A stretch of 46,079 nucleotides of DNA from an uncultured Bacillota bacterium (GTDB lineage Bacteria; Bacillota_I; Bacilli_A; RFN20; CAG-826). A program made the position numbers and the translations under genes. Below, in pieces: positions 1-8,577 of the stretch. The notes beneath the pieces are model-generated. The model did no database searches and was not told the DNA's origin. It worked only from the letters and a program-made list of their open reading frames with translations. Position 1 is the first letter of the stretch; every line of letters begins with the position of its first letter. The stretch spans positions 1 to 46,079 of the forward strand of contig CAMORJ010000003.1 of the NCBI GenBank assembly GCA_946623775.1. The letters are read 5' to 3'.

Positions 1-21
1 ATAAAGAAATCCCAAACGATG

Positions 22-46
22 ATGCTTGGTTCGCCAGGCATTTTTT
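22..46 (+). terminator. Intrinsic terminator of an upstream gene outside the window
   Basis: ATGCTTGG-TTCG-CCAGGCAT stem-loop followed by a T run. Confidence 0.65.
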
Positions 47-173
47 GTTTTAAGTCATATATTGCCTTGTTTTTTGGCTAATGTGCGTATTTAAGGAAAA
101 GATAAGAATCTTTTCGGTGCATAATGAATCTTTATGTGATTTAATAATCAGCGTGTTTTAGGAGGCATTAGCC

Positions 174-1376
174 ATGCACAATATGGTGTATATCCAATCT
201 GGCGGACCGACTTCCGTCATCAACTCGTCGCTCTACGGCGCGTTCAAAGAAGCCATTCGCCACCCCGAGATGATCGACCACATCTATGGTTCCATCAACG
301 GCATCGAAGGCTTGATCGATGGCAAACTCTTCGACCTTCGCGAAGAGGATCCCGAGCAAATCGAACTTCTTATTCAGACCCCGGGCGCCGCTCTTGGCAC
401 GACCAGGAAAAAGCTCCCGAAGGATATCAACGACCCCGTCTACAAGCAGATCGTGGCCAATATCCAGAAATTCTCCATCAAGTACATCTTCGTCAACGGC
501 GGCAACGATTCGATGGACACCTGCAACAAGATCTCCATCCTTTGCCACGAATTGAACCTTGATGTCCGCGTCATCGGCGTTCCCAAGACCATCGACAATG
601 ACTTGGCCTGCACCGACCATACCCTTGGCTATGCTTCTGCTGCGAAAGTCGTCATCAACAGCATCTACTCCATCGCCAAAGACGCCCTTTGCTACAAGAA
701 AGGCAAAATCCACATCGTCGAAGTCATGGGCCGCAACGCCGGCTGGCTTACCGCTGCCTCCGACCTCGTCCCAGACGATGGCCGTCCCGATTTGATCTAC
801 CTCCCCGAGAATCCGTTCGATGTCGATCAATTCCTTCAGGACGTCAAAGAGGTCTATGACAGGAAGGGCCTTGGCATCGTCGTCATCTCCGAAGGCTTGA
901 AATTCGATCGCGGCGAAGCCCACGAAGTCGATTCCTTCGGCCACGCTCAGCTCTCTGGCGCAGGCGCGAAGCTTGCCAGCCTCGTCGAAGAGAAGCTCGG
1001 CATCAACTCCCGCGTCGTCGAGCTGTCCCTTATCCAAAGGGCCAATCCGTTCTTGCTCTCCCGCAACGACAGAGACGAAGCCATCGAAGTCGGCCAGCTT
1101 GCCGTTGAAAGCGCCCTCCGCGGCGAGACCGGCAAGATGATCGTCATGAAGCGCGTCTCCAATAAGCCCTACATCGGAAGGTTCGAACTCGTTCCTCTCG
1201 ACTTGGTCGCCAACGCCGAGCAGACCATCCCGCCCGAGATGATGTACGACAAGACCAGGATGTCCGATAAGTTCCGCGAATACCTCCGTCCGCTTATCGA
1301 AGGCAACGTCCACTTGAAGTATCGCGGCGGCATCGTCTTGCTCACCAACTTCAAGAAAGTCCCCGTCAAGCTTTAA
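174..1376 (+). CDS. pfp: 6-phosphofructokinase, probably PPi-dependent
   Basis: QSGGPTSVIN, GGNDS (Asp typical of PPi-type), PKTIDND and EVMGRNAGW motifs; AGGAGG SD upstream. Confidence 0.85.
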   Translation: MHNMVYIQSGGPTSVINSSLYGAFKEAIRHPEMIDHIYGSINGIEGLIDGKLFDLREEDPEQIELLIQTPGAALGTTRKKLPKDINDPVYKQIVANIQKFSIKYIFVNGGNDSMDTCNKISILCHELNLDVRVIGVPKTIDNDLACTDHTLGYASAAKVVINSIYSIAKDALCYKKGKIHIVEVMGRNAGWLTAASDLVPDDGRPDLIYLPENPFDVDQFLQDVKEVYDRKGLGIVVISEGLKFDRGEAHEVDSFGHAQLSGAGAKLASLVEEKLGINSRVVELSLIQRANPFLLSRNDRDEAIEVGQLAVESALRGETGKMIVMKRVSNKPYIGRFELVPLDLVANAEQTIPPEMMYDKTRMSDKFREYLRPLIEGNVHLKYRGGIVLLTNFKKVPVKL

Positions 1377-1390
1377 TCGATTGATTAAAT

Positions 1391-1419
1391 GAGGCGCCGA
1401 AGCACGTTCGGCGCCTTTT
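1391..1419 (+). terminator. Intrinsic terminator after pfp
   Basis: AGGCGCCGAA-GCACG-TTCGGCGCCT then TTT. Confidence 0.85.
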
Positions 1420-1439
1420 CTATGTTATCCTTACTAACC

Positions 1440-1892
1440 ATGAAGAACCCTTTATCCATTGTATTCGTATGTCACGGCAACGTCTGCCGCTCCGTCGCGG
1501 CGGAGATGATTTTCAAGCAGATGCTCAGGGAGAGGGGAATCGAAGGCGTCTCGGTTTGCTCGCGTGCCACTTCAAGAGAGGAAATCGGCCACGACATCTA
1601 TTCCCCGATGAAGCGCGCGCTTGCAAGAAAAGGAATCCAATACGATTACCATCAAGCCAGGCAAATCAGTTTGCAGGATTATGAAAAGGCGGATCATGTC
1701 TTCTATATGGACGACATGAACCGCCGTAATCTGGAGTATATGATTCGTGACTATAAGCACATCATCCAACCCATATTCGCATACACGCCCTCGATAAATG
1801 AAATCGAAGACCCTTGGTATACGGATAGGTTTGATTTGGTGGTGGACCAGATAACCCGTTGCTTGGAAGATATCCTGGAAGCCTTATCCTAA
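1440..1892 (+). CDS. Low-molecular-weight protein-tyrosine phosphatase
   Basis: VCHGNVCRS P-loop and C-terminal IEDPWY. Start moved to ATG 1440 because the longer ORF runs through the terminator. Confidence 0.9.
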   Translation: MKNPLSIVFVCHGNVCRSVAAEMIFKQMLRERGIEGVSVCSRATSREEIGHDIYSPMKRALARKGIQYDYHQARQISLQDYEKADHVFYMDDMNRRNLEYMIRDYKHIIQPIFAYTPSINEIEDPWYTDRFDLVVDQITRCLEDILEALS

Positions 1893-2678
1893 GACCGCGG
1901 AATCGGGCACCGATTCAAGGCTGGTGAACTTACCGATCAAGTCATTGACGGTGAGTTTTTTCTTTTCCTCCCCTTCGACCGAGAAGATGATTTTCCCTTC
2001 CGACATCATGATGAGGCGGTTGCCGTATTTGATGGCGTCTTTCATGTTGTGGGTGATCATGAGGGTCGGAACCTTCATGTCGCGGACTATGGTGTCCGTT
2101 AATTCCATTACCTTCTTTGCGGTGCCTGGGTCTAATGCAGCGGTGTGCTCATCTAATAGGAGCAGCTTCGGCACGGATAATGCGGCCATAAGAAGCGTGA
2201 CGGATTGCCTTTGGCCGCCGGAGAAGGAGCCCATGGGATCCATCATCCTGTTTTCCAAGCCTAAGCCTAATGGCTCAAGCAATTTCTGGAACGCCTCTTC
2301 GTTTTTCTTCGTGAGCGCCCAGCGGAATGGAGACTGTTTTTGGCCGCGTCTAGAAGCGATGGAGAGATTCTCGAACAACGACAGGTCGGCAATCGTTCCG
2401 ATGCGAGGATCCTGAAATACTCGCCCAATGAACTTGGCCCGCTTCTCCACAGGGAGCTTTGTGATGTCGCGTCCATCCAAGGCAATCGTTCCTCCATCAG
2501 GCATATATACTCCCGCGATGACATTGAGCAAGGTCGTCTTGCCCGAGCCATTCGATCCGATGACCGTAATGAAGTCGCTGTCATTGATGGTCAAGTCGAT
2601 GCCGCGAAGAACCGTTTTGTTGTGTTCGGGGTTGCTGTCGGGGCGGAAGGCTTTATGTAAGTCTTTGATCTCAAGCAT
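1884..2678 (-). CDS. ABC transporter ATP-binding subunit (aromatic amino acid/TrpXYZ-like system)
   Basis: Walker A GSNGSGKT, signature FSGGQRQ, Walker B LLLLDEHTAALDP. Confidence 0.92.
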   Translation of the reverse strand: MLEIKDLHKAFRPDSNPEHNKTVLRGIDLTINDSDFITVIGSNGSGKTTLLNVIAGVYMPDGGTIALDGRDITKLPVEKRAKFIGRVFQDPRIGTIADLSLFENLSIASRRGQKQSPFRWALTKKNEEAFQKLLEPLGLGLENRMMDPMGSFSGGQRQSVTLLMAALSVPKLLLLDEHTAALDPGTAKKVMELTDTIVRDMKVPTLMITHNMKDAIKYGNRLIMMSEGKIIFSVEGEEKKKLTVNDLIGKFTSLESVPDSAVLG

Positions 2679-3738
2679 TGTTCCGCCTCCCTAGACATAG
2701 CAAAGCGATTTCTTCCGTCAAAGGCCTTGGAGCCTCGGGAATTACGGCTTCTTCCAATACACGTCCCGCCTCTTTTTGCTTTTTCGGCTTTCGCGGATGC
2801 TTCGCGCGGAAAGACGTGACGAACCTTTGGGCAATAAGAATCACCACAAGAAGCAAAGCCTTATATACAGAAAGCATATATCCGCTGGAATCCACGATCA
2901 TTAAGGCTTGGATAACATACCAGTAGACCAGCGAACCTACCAGGCATGAGATGATGCTTCGTTTGAAATTTCGGTTGGCGACGATGATCTCGCCTAAGAA
3001 CAAACTCGATAAGGCGATGACGATCATGCCCTGCCCATCGGTTGGAAGCCCCGAACCGTTGTGCTGGCCATACAAGCAGCCTGCGGCGCCTATCAATGCG
3101 CCAGATATGGCTAGAGCAATAATGGACATGCGATTGACCGAAATGCCGTTGGCCCTGGACATCTCGGGGTTTTTGCCCGCCGCGCGGATGGACATGCCAA
3201 GCTCGGTTCCGAAGAAGAAATATAGAATGGCAAACAAAGCTGCGAGCACCAAAGCCGCGACGAAAATGTAGGAAAGATAGGAGGCGAAGAACAGCCAATT
3301 GCGGTCAGTCGAATCCCCTGCCAATAACTTGCGGAGCCAGTTGAAGCACGTCAGATGATCGTTTGGGTTAAATGATGCTTGGCCCGCTTTCATGGCGTTG
3401 ATCATGATGGCTATGCCAAACGTCAAAGCCATCACGATGATGCCGGACAAAAGCGGCGGCGTTTTTAAATATATGGTCAATAAAGCGTTAATAACCCCGC
3501 AGATTGCGCCTAAAGCCATCGAAATAAGCAGCGCAAGCCACGGATTGATATCAGCGCCGATCATGACGGCGGTAAGCATGGTCGTCATAGGGATTACGCC
3601 TTCTACGGATAGGTCGGCGATGTTCAAAACCCGGAAGGACAGGAATACGCCGAGGACCATAATGCCCAAAATCAACCCGTTGACCCACGGGTTGATGGCG
3701 AAGGAGCGCAATGTCGATAGCCCATCTAGGGTAATCAT
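2671..3738 (-). CDS. ABC transporter permease
   Basis: Multi-TM protein with FRVLNIADLSVEG and TELGMSIRAAGKN motifs typical of this permease family. Confidence 0.88.
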   Translation of the reverse strand: MITLDGLSTLRSFAINPWVNGLILGIMVLGVFLSFRVLNIADLSVEGVIPMTTMLTAVMIGADINPWLALLISMALGAICGVINALLTIYLKTPPLLSGIIVMALTFGIAIMINAMKAGQASFNPNDHLTCFNWLRKLLAGDSTDRNWLFFASYLSYIFVAALVLAALFAILYFFFGTELGMSIRAAGKNPEMSRANGISVNRMSIIALAISGALIGAAGCLYGQHNGSGLPTDGQGMIVIALSSLFLGEIIVANRNFKRSIISCLVGSLVYWYVIQALMIVDSSGYMLSVYKALLLVVILIAQRFVTSFRAKHPRKPKKQKEAGRVLEEAVIPEAPRPLTEEIALLCLGRRNNA

Positions 3739-4703
3739 TTGGTTGTCGCTCCTTCGATGGCTAAGACCTCATCTGGAATCCCGATTCCTAATTTAGCGGC
3801 TTCGGTTGTATTGATGACGATGCTGTTGAGGCTGCAGGTCTCGACCGGGATATCGGCGATCTTCTTGCCTTCTCCAAGAATCTTGACCGCCATCTCGCCC
3901 GCTTGTTTGCCGCACTGCTTGTAATCAACGCCAAGGGCAAATGTGCATCCATCGATCATGCCCGTATCGGATCCGACGATGATAAGGGGATTAGTCCTTG
4001 CTTGATTTGCAGTTTGAATCGAAACGATGGCGTTTGCGATCGTGTCGTCCGTGGGGAGGAATACAGCGTCGACGTCTTCTGGAATAGCGGCGAATGCCGT
4101 GCCGATTTCCGAGGCGTTGGTAATCGTCTTTCTTACGAAGGACACATTGTGATCCTCCATCCAATCCTCCGCGATTTCAACCTGGTATACGGAATTGACT
4201 TCCGTTTGGGTGAAGAAGGAACAGACTTTGTCAACGCCAGGGAACTTCATAAGGATATCAAGCTCGTCGTCGATGGGACCTATATCAAGAACGCCGGTGC
4301 AGTTGCCCTCGGGCTTATCTAGATTTTGGACTAAGTTAGCCCCGATGGCATTTGTGACGGCTGAGAATAATACCGGCGCGCCGGACCCCAGGCTATCGAC
4401 TGCGTTCTTTAGCGCCCCGGCGCTTGGAGTGGCGATGCCATAGAGAAGGTCGCTGCTTGCGGCAAGGGTCGAGGCCATGGAAGTGTTGTCCGCGCTGTTC
4501 GCGGCGGGATTCATAACCTTGATTTGGACTTTATCGGCGATGGAACTTGCCCTGACCACTTCTTCGAATCCGATCCTCGCATTCTCGAGCGCTTCAAAGC
4601 TTCCGAATTGCAGAATGCCTATCTGCGTCTTCTGCTCGCCGCATCCCGCAAGCGAGGTGGCCGCTAACATGACGCTGGCCGCAAACATCCATTTTGATTT
4701 CAT
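3735..4703 (-). CDS. ABC transporter substrate-binding lipoprotein (putative Tyr/Trp/Phe)
   Basis: Lipobox LAGC; IGILQF, GIATPSA, PVLFSAVT, FLPTDDT and GVDYKQCGKQAGEMA motifs; AAGGGAG SD before ATG 4703. Confidence 0.85.
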   Translation of the reverse strand: MKSKWMFAASVMLAATSLAGCGEQKTQIGILQFGSFEALENARIGFEEVVRASSIADKVQIKVMNPAANSADNTSMASTLAASSDLLYGIATPSAGALKNAVDSLGSGAPVLFSAVTNAIGANLVQNLDKPEGNCTGVLDIGPIDDELDILMKFPGVDKVCSFFTQTEVNSVYQVEIAEDWMEDHNVSFVRKTITNASEIGTAFAAIPEDVDAVFLPTDDTIANAIVSIQTANQARTNPLIIVGSDTGMIDGCTFALGVDYKQCGKQAGEMAVKILGEGKKIADIPVETCSLNSIVINTTEAAKLGIGIPDEVLAIEGATTK

Positions 4704-4722
4704 CGTTTTTGCTCCCTTCATG

Positions 4723-4754
4723 AAATAAAACCCCGGACTGGACGCCCGAGGTTT
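4723..4754 (-). terminator. Attenuator terminator in the 5' leader of the ABC operon
   Basis: Transcript AAACCUCGGGC-GUCCA-GUCCGGGGUUU followed by UAUUU, about 20 nt before the start codon. Confidence 0.8.
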
Positions 4755-4813
4755 ATAAGTTCATTTGGCTCGGACGTTGGATTCCCGTCCGCGCTTTGGC
4801 TCGGATAGGAAAA

Positions 4814-4888
4814 TCACCTATAGTAATAGCCAAAGTAATAATAAAAGCCGGAGAAGACTTGGATTTGTTTGGTTGATTTCAATTCCAT
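4814..4888 (-). CDS. Putative attenuator leader peptide MELKSTKQIQVFSGFYYYFGYYYR (24 aa; 6 Tyr, 3 Phe)
   Basis: AGGAG SD (4896-4900) 7 nt before ATG; tandem Tyr triplets; lies between a promoter and a terminator upstream of an amino acid transporter. Confidence 0.8.
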   Translation of the reverse strand: MELKSTKQIQVFSGFYYYFGYYYR

Positions 4889-4910
4889 ATTCCGGCTCCT
4901 GATGCCAATT

Positions 4911-4938
4911 AATCTAAAACGAGTACAAGCCTTGTCAA
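4911..4938 (-). promoter_or_regulatory. SigA-type promoter for the leader peptide and ABC operon
   Basis: TTGACA-16 nt-TAGATT on the minus strand. Confidence 0.65.
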
Positions 4939-4944
4939 TAGAAA

Positions 4945-5487
4945 TTATTCTTCCTGCGGCTTTTCTTCGCCTTGAGCAGGGGCGATGAAGATCCATTTCT
5001 TGCGGCTCCAGTAATTCCATACAAGGACGATCAAGGTGCCGAGGACGAAGATAATCGCCCACATCCAGAACTCGATGGAGGAGAGGAACGCCCAGGTTCC
5101 ATCTTTGATTGTGGACAAGACCAGGGCTTGGCCGTTTACGATGGAGATGCCGCCGAGATTGAACAAAGCGCCCGCTCCATAGTTGAGGACTTCATGGAAC
5201 ACGAGCCCAATGAATCCCAGCAACACGAAGAGCCAGAACTTGGATTGGGTACGCGCGGCCTTTTTGTCTTTGACGTCTTGGAAGACCCACAAGACGGAGA
5301 AGATGTAATTCACGAGGACTCCGACCACAAAGCCAGCCAAAACCGAGACCCCGGTGGTCACCCATTCCGGCGAGTTCGCTTTTTCCAATAAATAGGCAAT
5401 GCCTAGACGGGTCGCGGCGTCGAAGATGGTGGCGACGACCCCGATGATTAGGAAGCGGATGATTTCCGCCAAACGAGATTTCGACAT
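4945..5487 (-). CDS. GtrA family membrane protein (lipid-sugar flippase-like)
   Basis: EIIRFLIIGVVATIFD, NYIFSVLWVF, WNYWSRKKWIF; TATAAT 7 nt upstream of ATG 5487. Confidence 0.85.
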   Translation of the reverse strand: MSKSRLAEIIRFLIIGVVATIFDAATRLGIAYLLEKANSPEWVTTGVSVLAGFVVGVLVNYIFSVLWVFQDVKDKKAARTQSKFWLFVLLGFIGLVFHEVLNYGAGALFNLGGISIVNGQALVLSTIKDGTWAFLSSIEFWMWAIIFVLGTLIVLVWNYWSRKKWIFIAPAQGEEKPQEE

Positions 5488-5653
5488 GGTCAATATTATA
5501 GACGCTGCTTTCTGTTTGGACACTCAAAACAGCTCAACAGAATATGACGATTATGCGACTCACTTTGGCTATATATATGTGCGTTTTGGGAAAACGTGTT
5601 TGTTTTCGTCGACGCATTGTTTTACCATAGGGCTAACTGATTTGGAGATATTT

Positions 5654-7105
5654 ATGGAACAACCCTCTAGTGTTGCGCCTCAACAAGCACCGTTGAAGCT
5701 GAACATGAAGCGTACCTTCATCATTGGCTTCGCGTTCTTTGGCATTCTGCTCATGTGGCAGGTTTACGACAATTATTGCTCTAGCTTCTTGTCGGAACTC
5801 TTCATCGAAGCGTTCGGACTGAAGTGGACTACCCCGGATGAGCACAAAGCAGTCGCGGAGCAAGTTCAGTGGCTTGTCGGCATCATGATGGCGATCGACA
5901 ACATCGCCGCATTGGTGATGATGCCATTGTTCGGAAGGTTATCTGACAAAACCAAGAGCCCGCTCGGCAAGCGCATGCCTTATATTCTCGTTGGCACCTT
6001 CATCTGCGCGGTTGCCTTCCCCTTCATTCCTCTTGCCTTCCATCATCATATCCTTGGCGCTTTGATTCCTTTGATGGCCATCACCGTCTTCTCCGCGATG
6101 ATGTACCGCAACCCCGCGGTCGCGCTTATGCCTGACCTTACCCCTAAGCCCCTTCGCTCCAAAGCGAATGGCATCATCAATATCATGGGCTATATCGGCG
6201 GAGCCATCCCCTCCGTTTTGGGCATCTTCTTGTCCTTGTCTTCTTATTTGGGAACCGTTGCAAAGCCGAAAGATGGCCAACTTAACAACCTTTGGGTTAT
6301 TGAAATCCCGTTCCTTATCGCTTCCGTCTTTATGGTCGCCTCGGTCGTCGTGCTGTTCTTTAAGATCAAAGAAAACAAAATTTCCGAAGAAATTGCCGAC
6401 GATATGGCTCGCGGCGAAGCTCTTGCCGAAGTCGCCGATTCTGTCGCCGACGACGAAGAAAAGCCGATGTCCAAGGCCAATAAGATCATGCTCTTCGCTA
6501 TCCTTGGCGCTGAGTTCTTCTGGTTTATGGCCGACAATGGCGTTTCCACCTTCTTGTCCAACTACACCCTTTACCATTTGCAGGCTGACACTTCGCAGTT
6601 GATGATCAACACCATCATCGGCGGCTTGGCCTCCGTCGTCGGCTTCGCCATCGCCGGATTCATCGCTGCCAAGATCGGCAGGAAGTGGTCCATCGTCAGC
6701 GGCCTTGTCTTAACCGCTTTGGCCTATACCGCTTGGCTTATCCTCTCGCTTGCCCTCAAACCTGATGGAACCTTCCCGATTTACATCTTCGTCATCTTCT
6801 TCTTCAAAGGCTTCGGCATGTCGATGGTCCACGTCAACTCCCTTCCGATGGTCCTCGAGCTTTGCTCTGCCAAAAAGGTTGGACGTTTCACCAGCTACTA
6901 TTACGCTTCCTCCATGGCCGCTCAAACGGTCACTCCGTGCGCTCTTGGCCTATTGCTGATGCTCCCGAACTTCGGATTCGACCTGCTCCCGCTTTACGCT
7001 TTGTCCTGCACCGTCGTAGCAGCCGCGTTGTTCTTCTTGGTCAAGAACATCAGGAAGAACGAAACCTTCGCCGTTGGCCTAGAGGCTATCGGAGAGAACG
7101 ATTAA
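5654..7105 (+). CDS. MFS transporter (glycoside/maltose-sucrose-like family)
   Basis: About 12 TM segments; GRLSDKTKSPLGKRMPYIL and ALMPDLTPKPLRSKANG; GGAG SD before ATG 5654. Confidence 0.85.
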   Translation: MEQPSSVAPQQAPLKLNMKRTFIIGFAFFGILLMWQVYDNYCSSFLSELFIEAFGLKWTTPDEHKAVAEQVQWLVGIMMAIDNIAALVMMPLFGRLSDKTKSPLGKRMPYILVGTFICAVAFPFIPLAFHHHILGALIPLMAITVFSAMMYRNPAVALMPDLTPKPLRSKANGIINIMGYIGGAIPSVLGIFLSLSSYLGTVAKPKDGQLNNLWVIEIPFLIASVFMVASVVVLFFKIKENKISEEIADDMARGEALAEVADSVADDEEKPMSKANKIMLFAILGAEFFWFMADNGVSTFLSNYTLYHLQADTSQLMINTIIGGLASVVGFAIAGFIAAKIGRKWSIVSGLVLTALAYTAWLILSLALKPDGTFPIYIFVIFFFKGFGMSMVHVNSLPMVLELCSAKKVGRFTSYYYASSMAAQTVTPCALGLLLMLPNFGFDLLPLYALSCTVVAAALFFLVKNIRKNETFAVGLEAIGEND

Positions 7106-7108
7106 TCC

Positions 7109-8074
7109 ATGCCTGCGATATTGACCCATTACACATTCGCCACGCTTGCGGAGCCGAAAGAGAACAACCCTCTTTATTTTCCGCTTACAAATTTAGGCGC
7201 GCAGGGCCCTGATACGTTCATGGCCTATGGCTCCGTCCCGTGGATTAAGCGGGATGAGAAAGCCAAGATCCAGGGCTTTGGGCATGCGATGCACAAAATC
7301 GATGTCGCAGAGACCTATCTCAAGATGGCCAAATATGCCCTTGAGCATGAAAACAGCGAACCCCTGTATGCGTTTTTGGACGGTTTGCTCATGCATTATT
7401 GCCTCGACCGCGTGATGCATGCATACATTTTCTACCGCTCAGGATTTGACGAGAATGGCCAATTGACCGGTTACTATTCGTGGTCCCATGGATTCTTTGA
7501 GGCGATTCTCGACAAGGTATATGCGAAAAGAAAAGGCACATACCAAAAGCTTTCTAAATGCATTATCTGCAATGACGAGCTTGTGAAAGAGGCGTCCAAG
7601 ATGTGGGCTGCTTGCTCGCCGACTCCTTTGGGAGAAGACGACTTCTACAACAGCTATAAGGATTTTGTCGCCGCAGAGAATCTATTGTGGAACCCCCGCG
7701 GAATCAAACTTCCTCTGTTCAGGCTTATTGGGAAATACAGCACACCGCATTCGCAGTGCCATCCAAAATCCATAGCTCCATTTGAGGCGATTGACGTTAC
7801 AAATGACAAGCATTCGGAATGGATGAACCCCGCGACGGGGGAAGTCCATAATGAGAACGTAGATGAGATGTTCGAAATCGCCCTTAACGACTTTGCAAAA
7901 GCGCATGCGTTGATCGTACGCTTCCGCAACGGCGAGGATATCGAGAAAGAATTCCATGCCTTTACGAATAATTGGAATCATGAAGGCATTCCGGTCGGCA
8001 TGAAGAATATCCACCAAAACCTTTGCTGGGAAGTGCTGAAGAAACCAAAATACCTACCTCCCAAAAAGAAATAG
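7109..8074 (+). CDS. Zinc-dependent phospholipase C family protein (no signal peptide)
   Basis: N-terminal MPAILTH, GAQGPD, HYCLDRVMHAY and HGFFEAILD metal-ligand pattern. Confidence 0.72.
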   Translation: MPAILTHYTFATLAEPKENNPLYFPLTNLGAQGPDTFMAYGSVPWIKRDEKAKIQGFGHAMHKIDVAETYLKMAKYALEHENSEPLYAFLDGLLMHYCLDRVMHAYIFYRSGFDENGQLTGYYSWSHGFFEAILDKVYAKRKGTYQKLSKCIICNDELVKEASKMWAACSPTPLGEDDFYNSYKDFVAAENLLWNPRGIKLPLFRLIGKYSTPHSQCHPKSIAPFEAIDVTNDKHSEWMNPATGEVHNENVDEMFEIALNDFAKAHALIVRFRNGEDIEKEFHAFTNNWNHEGIPVGMKNIHQNLCWEVLKKPKYLPPKKK

Positions 8075-8084
8075 CACTGGAATT

Positions 8085-8110
8085 ACGGCATCTTGATAAA
8101 TGCCGTTTTT
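8085..8110 (+). terminator. Intrinsic terminator
   Basis: ACGGCAT-N8-ATGCCGT followed by TTTT. Confidence 0.7.
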
Positions 8111-8147
8111 CATTGTAACAATCTTTGGCGCCTTTTCCGTCGCAATA

Positions 8148-8176
8148 TTGAAAATAGGTCGGTAAACCGATATAAT
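8148..8176 (+). promoter_or_regulatory. SigA promoter with a palindromic operator in the spacer
   Basis: TTGAAA-17 nt-TATAAT; TCGGT-AA-ACCGA palindrome at 8159-8170. Confidence 0.8.
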
Positions 8177-8182
8177 TTGATC

Positions 8183-8575
8183 ATGACTTTTTTAGATTTA
8201 ATTTCAAATAAAAAAACCACCGTGTATTCCCTTTCTCGAGATAGCGGGGTCCCGAAAACCACTTTGACCGATATCGCCACGGGCAAAGCCGACCTTATGG
8301 AATGCTCAGGGAAGACCCTGCTTGCGATATCTAAAAGTTTAAAAGTCACGATTGAGGACTTGCTTTCTTTGGAGAAGGAGGAGGCGAAAACGCTTTTGCC
8401 CCAGTTTTTGGCTGATTCTATAAATGAATATCGGAAAGCCATCCGCAAAGACAGCCTTTTGCTGGATTGCTATAGCGATCAGCTTAATAGCTCTATTAAC
8501 GTTGCCGAGGTTGAGCGCCTCATTTCCGAAGAGCAAGCAGACAGATTGCGTGCAAGGTATTTTAGGAGGTTTTGA
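8183..8575 (+). CDS. XRE-family HTH protein, putative antitoxin/regulator
   Basis: TVYSLSRDSGVPKTTLTDIATGK HTH followed by a helical C-terminal domain; directly upstream of the kinase. Confidence 0.8.
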   Translation: MTFLDLISNKKTTVYSLSRDSGVPKTTLTDIATGKADLMECSGKTLLAISKSLKVTIEDLLSLEKEEAKTLLPQFLADSINEYRKAIRKDSLLLDCYSDQLNSSINVAEVERLISEEQADRLRARYFRRF

Positions 8576-8577
8576 CA

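Noticed and set aside
168-1313. 381-aa antisense ORF over pfp
   Set aside because: Mirror-frame shadow of a strongly codon-biased gene; no motifs or SD
4764-4805. 11-nt direct repeat as CRISPR or insertion scar
   Set aside because: Only two short copies, no cas or transposase; explained as attenuator pairing segments
4723-4910. Possible T-box riboswitch upstream of the ABC transporter
   Set aside because: No UGGNACC T-box bulge or Stem I AGUUGA/GNUG motifs found; leader is better explained by the uORF
4814-5062. 82-aa ORF as listed in the track
   Set aside because: The 5' part overlaps gtrA out of frame and spans the promoter; only the last 24 codons have an SD and are kept as the leader peptide
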